The notes beneath the pieces were generated by a model. That model had not been told where the DNA came from. It worked only from the letters and a program-made list of their open reading frames with translations, and searched no databases. A program made the position numbers and the translations under genes. Of a stretch of DNA of 64,000 nt, positions 9,908-19,142 are shown piece after piece. The stretch comes from Candidatus Latescibacterota bacterium (GTDB lineage Bacteria > Latescibacterota > UBA2968 > UBA8231), in contig OZ244561.1 in the NCBI GenBank assembly GCA_965217585.1, positions 3,680,001 through 3,744,000 on the forward strand, read 5' to 3'. The stretch's first letter is position 1. Every line of letters begins with the position of its first letter.

Positions 9908-11250
9908 TCTACCTCGTCGTCGCGCACGGTGCGCATGTCGAGCAGGAGCCGCTCGCGGGCAATGCGACCGACTATGCCCTGCTGCCTGAGCTGGTGCCCT
10001 AGCTGCTCGACCCGGAGTGCGCTTGGCTGGAGGGCCACGGCCCGGCTGGGGATCTCGGCCAGGGGCAGGGATCCGCTGCCGGCTTGGGCCAGCGATTCGA
10101 CCACTTCGAGGCAGAGGGCGCGGCAGACCGCCTCGGGCAAAAGGGACAACAGTCTCTGAGCACGCTCCTCTAGCGTCTCAACCTTCTCCCGCAGCATCGC
10201 CAGTGCCGGCAGGGCCTGCGTTAGCTTGTCCGGCGGCAGGCGATAGAGCGACAACACTGCTTCGAGCGCAGCGTAGATCAGCTTGTCGCAGCGCAGGGCG
10301 CGCATCAGCGGATTTTGGCGCACTTGCTCCACATAGAGCCGTTGGCCGGCGATGATGCCGGCTTGCGGCCCGCCTAGCACCTTGTCGCCACTGAAGCTGA
10401 CCACGGTCGCCCCGGCCTTGAGGCTAGCGGCGACTACCGGCTCGGGCGGCAGCCCCCACTGCTCCAGATCAACTAAGGCTCCGCTCCCCAAGTCGTGGAC
10501 CAGCGGCACTCCTGCGCGCTGGCTCAGGGCGGCCAAATCCTTTAGGCCCACCTCGGCGGTAAAACCCTGTACCCTGTAATTGCTCGGATGCACCACTAAA
10601 ATGGCACCGGTTTCCGGGCCGATGGCGCGCTTGTAGTCGTGCAAGTGCGTGCGGTTGGTCGTGCCCACCTCGCGCAGCTTGGCCCCACTGGCCGCGATGA
10701 TGTCGGGCAGGCGGAATGAGCCGCCGATTTCGACCTGTTGTCCCCGCGAGACCACCACTTCCCGCCCCCGCGCCAAGGTGTCGAGCAGTAGGAGCACGGC
10801 GGCGGCGTTGTTGTTGACCACGGCGGCAGCTTCCGCGGTGGTCGCCGAGCATATAAGAGCCTCGACGTGAGCGCTGCGCTCGCCGCGTTTGCCCGACTCC
10901 AGGTCGAATTCGAGGTTGCAATAGCCGGTGGCTACCCGCGCGACAGCCTCTTGGGCCGCTCGGGGCAGCGGCGCACGGCCCAATCCGGTGTGCAGCACCA
11001 CACCGGTGGCATTGACGACGCGCCGCAGCCGGGGCGCGGACTCCCGTTCGATGCAGCGGCGCACGGCCCGCTCGATCCGCGCGTCCAGGGCCTCCCGTTC
11101 CTCGTCCACAGTGCCTGACCGCACTTGGCGACGCACGTCCGCAATGCAGCGGCGCACCTGCTCGACGACATAGGCGCGGTCGTATTCTTGCAAGAGATCG
11201 GCGACTTGCTTGAGCATCTGATCTACTGAGGGCAGCCTAGATTCACTCAT
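9868..11250 (-). CDS. selA: L-seryl-tRNA(Sec) selenium transferase
   Basis: RLPSVD, NATGVVLHTGLGRAPL, VNNNAAA, EIGGSFR, EVGTTNRT, PLP-lysine motif FSGDKVLGGPQAG. Confidence 0.96.
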   Translation of the reverse strand: MSESRLPSVDQMLKQVADLLQEYDRAYVVEQVRRCIADVRRQVRSGTVDEEREALDARIERAVRRCIERESAPRLRRVVNATGVVLHTGLGRAPLPRAAQEAVARVATGYCNLEFDLESGKRGERSAHVEALICSATTAEAAAVVNNNAAAVLLLLDTLARGREVVVSRGQQVEIGGSFRLPDIIAASGAKLREVGTTNRTHLHDYKRAIGPETGAILVVHPSNYRVQGFTAEVGLKDLAALSQRAGVPLVHDLGSGALVDLEQWGLPPEPVVAASLKAGATVVSFSGDKVLGGPQAGIIAGQRLYVEQVRQNPLMRALRCDKLIYAALEAVLSLYRLPPDKLTQALPALAMLREKVETLEERAQRLLSLLPEAVCRALCLEVVESLAQAGSGSLPLAEIPSRAVALQPSALRVEQLGHQLRQQGIVGRIARERLLLDMRTVRDDEVEWIARALAHVAAQ

Positions 11251-11365
11251 GGGGCGAAGTATAGGTTTCCCCCCTGTCGCCAGCAAGTAGCCTTTGCGCT
11301 ATAGCCTTAATAACCTTATACTTGCAAACCCCCTTCCCCTGTTGTCCAATTCCAATATTTAGTCT

Positions 11366-13372
11366 ATGTCGCGCCCGGTCTATATCCTGGTGGCGCTGCT
11401 CTTGTGTGCTTTTGCAATTGACGCCGCCGAGCGCAGGAGTCCCATCGTCCATGTGGTCAAACGAGGGGATACTCTGTCTGAGATTGCCGCGCACTACCGA
11501 GTCTCGCAGAAGCAAATCAAGCGCTGGAACAAGCTCCGCAGCAGTAGGATACATGTTGGCCAGAGCCTCAAAGTGGGGTCTCCAGTAAAAAGCGGCGATT
11601 GGTATCGCGTCCGGCGCGGCGACACGCTCTCGAAGATCGCTCGGCAGTTCGCCGTCCCGGTTTATAAGCTCAAGGCGATCAATCATCTCGATCGAGACGT
11701 CATCCACGTCGGACAAAAGCTCCACTTGCAATCGGCCGCGCCCACTCGGAGCGCCTCGGCCGATGACCACGACGAAGAGCCGCGCGAATACACGGTTCGG
11801 CGCGGCGACACGCTCTCGAAAATCGCCCTGCGATTTGACGTGGGCCTGAGTTTTCTACGCCAACTCAACAAGCTCAAAAGCGACCTCATTCGGCCTGGGC
11901 AAAAGCTCCGCCTGCGCGCTTCGCGGTTAGAGGAAGCCGTTCACGTGGTGCAAGAGGGTGAAACCCTGACCGAGATTGCCCGGCGCTACCGAGTCTCGGT
12001 CAGCCAGTTGCAGCGCCTCAACGCCCTGGTCGGCGACCGGATTCTCATCGGGCAAAAGCTCCGTCTCAAAGACGCGGAGAGCACGGTACACATCGTGGAG
12101 CGCGGAGACGCGCTGTGGGAAATTGCCCGCGCGTACGGAGTCAGCCTCTATCGCCTCAAGAAGCTCAACGGCCTCCGGTCAAACCGCATCTACCCAGGCC
12201 AAGAACTCAAGCTCTACCGAGACCGGAAGTCCGAACCGAGTGCCGCGCCCACGGCTGGCCCACGGCTGGCCACGTACGTAGTGCGGTCGGGCGATTACCT
12301 CGCGCAGATTGCCCGACTGCACCAGATGAGCGTGGCTGAAATCACCCGCATCAACAAATTAAAGAGAAACGCCATCATCCACCCGGGCGATCGGCTCAAG
12401 GTGCGCCCGATGCGCTGGGTGGAATTATCTGAGATTGATTGGGACGACCTACAGATCCACCGCGCTGACACGCCCAAAATCGCATCCGACAACGGCCCGT
12501 ACTACTTTTCCCGACCTCGCAATACGCGCCAGCCGAGCAAGACCTATTACGAGCCTCATCCAAGCTCGCCGCGCCAGACGTATCGCCAAGCAATGCGCCT
12601 GTGGCGGGAATTCGAGAGCAAGGTCGGGCGCATGGGACGCTTGAGCTCCCGGTTGGAAGGCTGGCACATCGTCCTCGACCCGGGGCACGGCGGGCTGGAC
12701 CCGGGCGCAGTGGTTCTCACCCGCGACGGCAACGGCAAAAGGCTCTATGTCGTCGAAGACGAGTACGTCTTCGACATCGCGCTACGAGTCTATGTTTTGG
12801 TGCGCTTGCACGGGGGCCATGCCACCATGACCCTACTCAGCCCCAACCACCTAATCCGCCAAAACGAGCCGGCGACCCAGACTTTTGTCAACGAAAAAAA
12901 CGAAGTGTACAACTTGGCCGCTTACAACCAGACCAACAAGCTCAGCGCTTGGCCGCGCAGCAGCAATCTTGCGACTCGCGTGCAGATTGCCCGTCAGACC
13001 TTTGCCAAAGCGCCTCGGGGCCGGCGCATCTTTCTCTCCTTCCACGCCGATATTGCCCCCAAGGCCCCAGAAGCACCGCTGGTTCTATACTACAAAAGCA
13101 GCAGGAGTGGGCGCGTAGATCGCGTCTCGCGCCAATTCGCCCGCTCCTTGCTTCCGGCGTTAGGGGCTGGTGCTCGCGTCCGCGGGCAGGGACTAGGGGT
13201 CTTGCGTAATAACCCCGCTGACGTCAAGGTCCTCATCGAACTGCGCAACATGGCGTACCGGGACCACGTCTGGGCCTTGCGCTTTGAGGACCTGCGCCAC
13301 CGCGATGCCGAAAAAGTGGTACACGGCCTCCTCGACCACGCCGCGCGCGCCTCACTCCGCGCTAGCCACTAA
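11366..13372 (+). CDS. Secreted 6xLysM + N-acetylmuramoyl-L-alanine amidase (Amidase_3)
   Basis: Signal peptide; six V-x-x-G-[DE]-x-L-x-x-I-A LysM repeats; IVLDPGHGG, SFHAD and VLIEL amidase motifs. Confidence 0.88.
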   Translation: MSRPVYILVALLLCAFAIDAAERRSPIVHVVKRGDTLSEIAAHYRVSQKQIKRWNKLRSSRIHVGQSLKVGSPVKSGDWYRVRRGDTLSKIARQFAVPVYKLKAINHLDRDVIHVGQKLHLQSAAPTRSASADDHDEEPREYTVRRGDTLSKIALRFDVGLSFLRQLNKLKSDLIRPGQKLRLRASRLEEAVHVVQEGETLTEIARRYRVSVSQLQRLNALVGDRILIGQKLRLKDAESTVHIVERGDALWEIARAYGVSLYRLKKLNGLRSNRIYPGQELKLYRDRKSEPSAAPTAGPRLATYVVRSGDYLAQIARLHQMSVAEITRINKLKRNAIIHPGDRLKVRPMRWVELSEIDWDDLQIHRADTPKIASDNGPYYFSRPRNTRQPSKTYYEPHPSSPRQTYRQAMRLWREFESKVGRMGRLSSRLEGWHIVLDPGHGGLDPGAVVLTRDGNGKRLYVVEDEYVFDIALRVYVLVRLHGGHATMTLLSPNHLIRQNEPATQTFVNEKNEVYNLAAYNQTNKLSAWPRSSNLATRVQIARQTFAKAPRGRRIFLSFHADIAPKAPEAPLVLYYKSSRSGRVDRVSRQFARSLLPALGAGARVRGQGLGVLRNNPADVKVLIELRNMAYRDHVWALRFEDLRHRDAEKVVHGLLDHAARASLRASH

Positions 13373-13376
13373 ACGC

Positions 13377-13413
13377 AAAAAAGCTCCGGAAGGAACACTT
13401 CCGGAGCTTTTTT
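13377..13413. terminator. Bidirectional intrinsic terminator
   Basis: AAAAAAGCTCCGGAAG-loop-CTTCCGGAGCTTTTTT between convergent genes. Confidence 0.88.
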
Positions 13414-13434
13414 GTTGTGTTGTGCTGTGTTGTA

Positions 13435-13686
13435 CTAAAAAGGTCGTTCCGCAATCAGCCGTTTAGCAGCCTTGCGCACGACTTCGGGTTCGAGGCCGGC
13501 CAACTCGCACCAAGGGTCGATCCTAGAGCTTTCGACAAAGGCCATCTCCGGGGTGCCATCGGGCGTTTCCACGACCTCATCCATCTTGGATATTTCGCGT
13601 AAAGTACTGAGAATCATAGCGTTAGCAAGGCGTCGATAAGCCATCGCAATGCGTTCCACTTGGGCGATATCCTGATCTGTTCTCAT
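13435..13686 (-). CDS. Small hypothetical protein (83 aa)
   Basis: ATG ORF ending just before the terminator, with an AT-rich upstream region. Confidence 0.65.
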   Translation of the reverse strand: MRTDQDIAQVERIAMAYRRLANAMILSTLREISKMDEVVETPDGTPEMAFVESSRIDPWCELAGLEPEVVRKAAKRLIAERPF

Positions 13687-13927
13687 AGCACTTCCTGCGG
13701 GGTTAAAGGGTATCTGAGATGCGGTAAATAATGGGTTTAGGGTGCTTCACTTCGTCTAAAGGGTTCCCGTCCTTTCTATACGTAACAAAAAAGTAGTGTT
13801 TGCCGTCTAGCTATCTATATGGTAAGAAATTTTCGCGCAAAATTTTCAAAAAAATAACGTGCGCGAAAAAAAAGTAACCGCCGCACTTAGTAGCGCGGCG
13901 GCTATACTCCCTGTAACTCTTTTTTTT

Positions 13928-14947
13928 CTATATGGTTAGAAATTCTTCCCGCCGCACGACGCGCCCCTCAGCCGCAGCCCGGTAGAGTCGGTAAATCCAC
14001 TCGATAGTCCCCAAAGCCTCCCGCCCGAGCGAATGAGGAATGCCCGTGCTGGCTATGCCGCGCAAAAAATCGGCCCACTCCAGCTCCCACGAGCGATCCT
14101 CCTCTGGGTAGTCAAAGTGCTCGCTGTCTGGCGCTCCGCCTTGGGGATTGCGCCGCCCCACGACGGCGCGTTCCGGTCCGTAGGCCCCTCCCAAGCCCTC
14201 GGCGCAAGCATAGCCGTCGCGCCCGAAAACCTCGAAGCTGAAGAGGTTTTTCCATTGCGTCCAACTCGCGTGCAGCGAGGCGATCTGCCCGGTGGCTGTG
14301 CGAAAGAGTCCAAAGGCGTTGTCCTCCACGGGCGAGTCCCAGAAGTGGGTCTCGGCATAGCCTGTGACTTCGGCAAAGTCCCCTAAGAGCCACTTGGCCA
14401 AGTCGATTAGATGCGCCCCTTGGTCCAAAAGCTCACCGCCGCCCGCCTTCTCGGGGCTTGTCCTCCACTCGCGGTCGTAGCCGGGCCGCCCACCGTGGCC
14501 ATAGCGCGCCCGGATGCTCAGCAGCGGGCCGATCTCGCCCGCCGTGCAAACCTCGTGCAGCTTTTGGATGGCGGGGTGGTAGCGGTGGTTGTAGCCGACC
14601 TTGAGCAAGCGCCCGCTCCGCTCGGCTGCTGCGACGGCCTGTCGGGATTCCTGAGGGTTGCGCCCCAGCGGCTTTTCGCACAAGACGTGCTTGCCGGCCA
14701 AGAGGGCGGCGGTGCTGATGGGGGCCAATGCGTCGTGCGTCGTCGCGACCACCGCGATATCGAGATCGGCCGCGACTAGCTCCTCCCGCGAAGCCGCCAC
14801 CGCGGCCCCGCATTCGGCGGCCAGTTCGGCTGCGGCGGGCGCGTGCTCGTCGTAGATCAGGGCCACCGCGGACGCGGGATGGGCATGGGCCGTGGCCGCC
14901 CGCCGCCGCCCCATGCGACCCGCTCCGATGATTCCCACCTTGTACAC
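13928..14947 (-). CDS. Gfo/Idh/MocA family oxidoreductase
   Basis: GIIGAGRMG, HVLCEKPLG, GGGELLDQGAH. Confidence 0.92.
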   Translation of the reverse strand: MYKVGIIGAGRMGRRRAATAHAHPASAVALIYDEHAPAAAELAAECGAAVAASREELVAADLDIAVVATTHDALAPISTAALLAGKHVLCEKPLGRNPQESRQAVAAAERSGRLLKVGYNHRYHPAIQKLHEVCTAGEIGPLLSIRARYGHGGRPGYDREWRTSPEKAGGGELLDQGAHLIDLAKWLLGDFAEVTGYAETHFWDSPVEDNAFGLFRTATGQIASLHASWTQWKNLFSFEVFGRDGYACAEGLGGAYGPERAVVGRRNPQGGAPDSEHFDYPEEDRSWELEWADFLRGIASTGIPHSLGREALGTIEWIYRLYRAAAEGRVVRREEFLTI

Positions 14948-15778
14948 TTAGTCCTCCTGTTGTGGTACGCGCCGCACCGCAAAAGTCTCCGTGGCCCTAA
15001 TCGCCTCTACATCGAGGGTTTCCCACGGATCCCAAACCGCTGACAGCAACCGTCCCGTCAGCCCGTCTGAGCGCGCCGAGGCCAGATAGACTGCCAGTGC
15101 GGCCGCTCGCTCGCCCGTAGCGTCGCCCTCGCGCAGCAGGAGCTGATTCTGCTCCCGTTCCTCTGCGCTCACGGCCGCGCCGGCCGCTAGCCGTTCGTCG
15201 AGCATCCGCGTGTTGACCGCTCCGGGGGCAATGGCGTTGACGTCAATGCTGTGCTCAGCCACTTCTCCGGCCAAGTTTTCGCTAAAGCGCACGACTCCGG
15301 CCTTGGAGGCGCTATACGCGCTAAAGAAGGGCCGCGGTCCCACCGCGCCGCCGCCTGAGAGGTTGATAATCTTGCCGTAGTGCTGGGCGATCATGGCCGG
15401 CAAGACCTTGCGGGTGCAGTAGAAACAGCCGCCGAGATTGACCTGCACCACCTGCATCCAAGCCTCTGGATTGACCTCTTCCACCCGCCCGATAGGCCCC
15501 TGGATTCCCGCGTTGTTGACCAGCACATCGACCCCACCCCAAGCTGCAAGCACGCACTCAATGGCCGCATCTACTTCCTCGCGTCGCCCCACATCCGCCC
15601 GCAATTTCAACGCTGTTTGGCCTTGGTCTGCCAAAAGTGCGGCTGTCTCATCTAGCTCTGATCCGGTGCGGGCCAAAATCGCCACGTGCGCCCCTTCCCG
15701 CGCCAAGGCCAAGGCAATAGCCCGGCCAATGCCTCGTCCCCCGCCGGTCACTAGGCAACGCCTGCCTATCAGCTCCAT
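14948..15778 (-). CDS. SDR family oxidoreductase
   Basis: TGGGRGIG, NNAG, YSASK; start taken at ATG MELIGRR. Confidence 0.92.
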   Translation of the reverse strand: MELIGRRCLVTGGGRGIGRAIALALAREGAHVAILARTGSELDETAALLADQGQTALKLRADVGRREEVDAAIECVLAAWGGVDVLVNNAGIQGPIGRVEEVNPEAWMQVVQVNLGGCFYCTRKVLPAMIAQHYGKIINLSGGGAVGPRPFFSAYSASKAGVVRFSENLAGEVAEHSIDVNAIAPGAVNTRMLDERLAAGAAVSAEEREQNQLLLREGDATGERAAALAVYLASARSDGLTGRLLSAVWDPWETLDVEAIRATETFAVRRVPQQED

Positions 15779-15909
15779 ATCGCGCTCCTTCGTCGCCCGA
15801 GCAAATATGCGGTGTGGGATCGATCTTGCCAAAGGCCAACAGGCCCGTCGTTGACCTAGCGTACCATTTATCCTAAATTGGTGTGCATACATCTTAGAGA
15901 GCCTATTCG

Positions 15910-17358
15910 ATGTCCCTGCCCAGCACTGCATCCGATCTCAAAGCGCTCTGCCTCCACATCAACGCCCATTGTCCTGCCGGTGGCCTTTTTGAAGGCGACC
16001 GCACTCATCTACACCCGGACAGTAATCTGCCTTGGCGCATTGCCCCAGAGCCGTTCTGGCTCTCGCCGGCACAACACCGCTACCTAGACCAGCTCGGCGG
16101 CGTCCTACATCAGTTTTACAAGGCCTGCAACCAGCTCTATCACCAGAGCGTCAAGGGCGTTGAGCCGTCTTGGATTCACGAGTACTTGGACTTGGGCAAA
16201 CCCAGTGCCGTGCGCGAAATGGGCCTGTGGAATCGCATCAAGTCCCAGTTGCCCTTGGTCATCCGCCCGGACCTCCTGCTCACCGAGGACGGCTTCAAGC
16301 TAGTCGAGCTAGACGCTATCCCCGGCGGCATGGGCTTCACCGCCCAAGTCTCGGAGGTCTATGCTGACCTAGGCTACGACATCATCGGCGGTGCCCGCGG
16401 TCTGATTGACCCATTCTACGAAGCCATTGCCGCTGCCGCCAAGGTAGCCGAACCGCATTTCGCCCTCTTCGTCTCAGACGAGTCCGAGGCCTATCGCCGA
16501 GAAATGGAATGGCTGGTCGAGCGCTTGCAGGCGGCCGGTAAACCGGCCCGCAGTGCCCACCCGCGCGAGGCCCGCTTTGACGAAAATGGCCTCTTCCTCC
16601 AAGGTGCTGACGAGCAGACTCCTTGGCGCATCGACGCGGCCTATCGCTTCTTTGAACTGTTCGACCTCAAAAACATCCCCAAGACCGAGCTTTTTGCCTA
16701 TTTCACCAAGAAAAACGCCTTGTGTTTGACCCCGCCGCCGAAGGCATATCTCGAAGAAAAGCTCTGGCTGGCATTCTACCACCACCCCGCGCTCAAATCC
16801 TATTGGCGTCGCACCTTGGGCAAGGAGCCGTTTGCCGCCTTGGGCAGCCTGATCCCGCGCTCGTGGATTGTCGATGCGCGGCCGTTGCCGCCCCACGCCA
16901 TCATTCCCGGCCTCGACATTGGCGGACAACCCGTCGGCGACTGGCAGCAGTTGAAGCAGCTAACCAAAAAGCAGCGCGAGCTCGTGCTCAAGCCCTCGGG
17001 TTTTTCCAACCTAGCGTATGAGAGCAAGGGCGTGTCCATCGGCCACGACCTGTCCGAAGCCGAGTGGGCCGAGCGCGTGCAAGAGGCCCTCGACCGCTTT
17101 ACACACCAGCCCTATATCTTGCAGGAGTTTCACAAGGCCGCCCGCCGCACCGTGCGCTACTACGACTTTTACCGCGACGAGGTCGTGCCCATGCGGGGCC
17201 GGGTGATGCTGCGTCCTTATTACTACGTCATCGGCGATGTGCCGCGCCTGTGCGGTATCCAAGCCCTAGTTTTCCCGGCCGACAAGAAGATCTTGCACGG
17301 CATGGTTGACGCTGCGATCATGCCCTGCGCCGCGTCCGCGGAAAAATCCTCCTTCTGA
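15910..17358 (+). CDS. ATP-grasp-like protein (glutathionylspermidine synthase-like / circularly permuted)
   Basis: IRPDLLL...VELDAIPGG, LVLKPSG, ILQEF motifs typical of ATP-grasp ligases. Confidence 0.6.
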   Translation: MSLPSTASDLKALCLHINAHCPAGGLFEGDRTHLHPDSNLPWRIAPEPFWLSPAQHRYLDQLGGVLHQFYKACNQLYHQSVKGVEPSWIHEYLDLGKPSAVREMGLWNRIKSQLPLVIRPDLLLTEDGFKLVELDAIPGGMGFTAQVSEVYADLGYDIIGGARGLIDPFYEAIAAAAKVAEPHFALFVSDESEAYRREMEWLVERLQAAGKPARSAHPREARFDENGLFLQGADEQTPWRIDAAYRFFELFDLKNIPKTELFAYFTKKNALCLTPPPKAYLEEKLWLAFYHHPALKSYWRRTLGKEPFAALGSLIPRSWIVDARPLPPHAIIPGLDIGGQPVGDWQQLKQLTKKQRELVLKPSGFSNLAYESKGVSIGHDLSEAEWAERVQEALDRFTHQPYILQEFHKAARRTVRYYDFYRDEVVPMRGRVMLRPYYYVIGDVPRLCGIQALVFPADKKILHGMVDAAIMPCAASAEKSSF

Positions 17359-17363
17359 CCGCC

Positions 17364-18413
17364 ATGCTTTCCCTAGACGAAAAACTAGCTCACCTCGAAG
17401 AAATTCTACGCCCCATGGGACAGGTGCTGGTTGGCTATTCGGGAGGGGTCGATAGCGCCACGCTGGCGGTGGCCGCCCAGCGGGTCTTGGGCGAGGGGGC
17501 CATCTGCGTCACTGCGGACTCTGAAAGCTACGCCACCGGCGAGCTGGAGAAGGCCACCGAGATCACCCGCGAGCTTGGCATTCGCCACGAGGTGGTCAAG
17601 ACCCGCGAGCTGGACAACCCCGACTACGCCAAAAACGCGCCCAACCGCTGCTACTACTGCAAGCAGGAGCTCTTCGTCCACATGGAGCAGCTAGCGCGGA
17701 CCCTCAATGTCGATTACATCCTCTACGGCCAAAACGCCGACGACATCGGCGATTTCCGCCCTGGGGCTTCGGCTGCCCGCGAGCACGGCGTACACGCGCC
17801 CTTAGCCGAAGCGGGCCTGACCAAGGACGACGTGCGCGCTCTAGCGAAGCGTTGGGGGCTGGCGGTGTGGGACCGCCCGGCCATGGCCTGCCTCTCGTCG
17901 CGCTTCCCCTACGGCACGCCAGTCACCGCCGAGGGTCTGCGCCAAATCGACCGCGCCGAGCGCTATCTACACGAGGTCTGCGGCTTTGCCCAGGTCCGCG
18001 CCCGCCACCACGAGACGCTGTCGCGCATCGAGTTGCCCGCTGAGGACTTGGCGCACCTGCTGGGCGACCCGGATACGCGTCGGTCTTTGGTGGAGCACTT
18101 TCGGGAAATTGGCTATTTGCAAACTACCGCCGACCTGTGCGGCTTCCGCTCCGGCAGTATGAACGAGGCTCTGCTCACCATCGCCGATTCGGGTGCCGAC
18201 GAGCCGCTTTTTGCGCGAGTCAATCCGCTGCTCGCAGCGCATTCGCTCCTGCCGGCCGCGTACGAGCAGCGCGACCAGATGCTCGTTTTGCGCCTGCCTG
18301 CAGCAGCCATCGCCCGCCTCGCTACGGTCCCGCTGCGCTCGGCCCTCGCGGCCGCGCTCGCAGACTTGGGCCTGCGCTATATTGCCCTCGAATTAGACCC
18401 CTTGGACACATGA
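17364..18413 (+). CDS. larE: LarE family ATP-dependent sulfur transferase with C-terminal extension
   Basis: PP-loop SGGVDS, RCYYCK, DFRPG, ACLSSRFPYG, GFRSGSMN. Confidence 0.9.
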   Translation: MLSLDEKLAHLEEILRPMGQVLVGYSGGVDSATLAVAAQRVLGEGAICVTADSESYATGELEKATEITRELGIRHEVVKTRELDNPDYAKNAPNRCYYCKQELFVHMEQLARTLNVDYILYGQNADDIGDFRPGASAAREHGVHAPLAEAGLTKDDVRALAKRWGLAVWDRPAMACLSSRFPYGTPVTAEGLRQIDRAERYLHEVCGFAQVRARHHETLSRIELPAEDLAHLLGDPDTRRSLVEHFREIGYLQTTADLCGFRSGSMNEALLTIADSGADEPLFARVNPLLAAHSLLPAAYEQRDQMLVLRLPAAAIARLATVPLRSALAAALADLGLRYIALELDPLDT

Positions 18414-18949
18414 AACGCGAAATTGCGCTGTTCGGGGCGCAGTGCCTCCGCCAGCCGTGTGCTCCGGTCGCAGCGGTGGATGACGCCGTCCGCGCACTCG
18501 TCGCCGACCTCTTCGACTCCATGCACGCCGCGTCCGGGGTAGGGCTTGCCGCCCCGCAGGTCGGCGTCCTCAAGCGGGTCTGCGTCGTCGATGTTACCGC
18601 CCATCAGTCCAACTTCCAACCCGTGGCCTTAATCAACCCCAAGATCACGGGCCACGAGGGCGAGCAAATCGGCGAGGAGGGTTGTCTGAGCTTTCCCGAC
18701 CTGTACGGCGATGTCAAGCGCTACGCTTGGGTCGAAGTCGAGGCCACCGGCCTCGATGGCCAGCCCTTCAAAACCGCGGGCGAGGGCTTTTACGCCCGCG
18801 CCCTCCAGCACGAAATCGACCACCTTGACGGCACGCTCTTCATCGACCACCTAAGCCCTCTCAAACGCCAGCTCATGCGCGGCGCGCTCAGGCGGTTAAA
18901 AAAAGAGGGTGCCGCGCATGCCAACGCCGCGGCCATTGACATTACTTAG
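18410..18949 (+). CDS. def: Peptide deformylase
   Basis: GVGLAAPQ, EGCLS, QHEIDHLDG; ATG at 18410 overlaps the larE stop. Confidence 0.95.
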   Translation: MKREIALFGAQCLRQPCAPVAAVDDAVRALVADLFDSMHAASGVGLAAPQVGVLKRVCVVDVTAHQSNFQPVALINPKITGHEGEQIGEEGCLSFPDLYGDVKRYAWVEVEATGLDGQPFKTAGEGFYARALQHEIDHLDGTLFIDHLSPLKRQLMRGALRRLKKEGAAHANAAAIDIT

Positions 18950-18978
18950 TCTGGCTCTTACCTTTCACTTCAAGCAAT

Positions 18979-19055
18979 GGGGGCGTAGTTCAGTTGGTTA
19001 GAACGTCGGCCTGTCACGCCGAAGGTCGCGAGTTCGAGTCTCGTCGTCCCCGCCA
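18979..19055 (+). tRNA. tRNA-Asp (GTC)
   Basis: Acceptor stem GGGGGCG/CGTCCCC, anticodon arm TCGGC-CTGTCAC-GCCGA, T-arm with GTTCGAG, encoded CCA; 77 nt. Confidence 0.96.
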
Positions 19056-19062
19056 TTTTGCC

Positions 19063-19105
19063 AGCTCCTTGAGCGCGCTTTGCGCGGTTGAGGAGCTTTT
19101 CTTTT
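19063..19105 (+). terminator. Terminator after tRNA-Asp
   Basis: AGCTCCT...AGGAGCT followed by TTTCTTTT. Confidence 0.55.
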
Positions 19106-19142
19106 GTCAATTCCTACTCCTCACATGCGAGAAAGGTATAAA

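Noticed and set aside
9868-11250. Selenoprotein genes near selA
   Set aside because: I saw no gene split by an in-frame TGA; the TlpA active site is CGPC and its internal stop is TAG.
18979-19055. tRNA-Asp as an integration site
   Set aside because: No integrase or duplicated tRNA 3' end was seen; the flanks are housekeeping genes.
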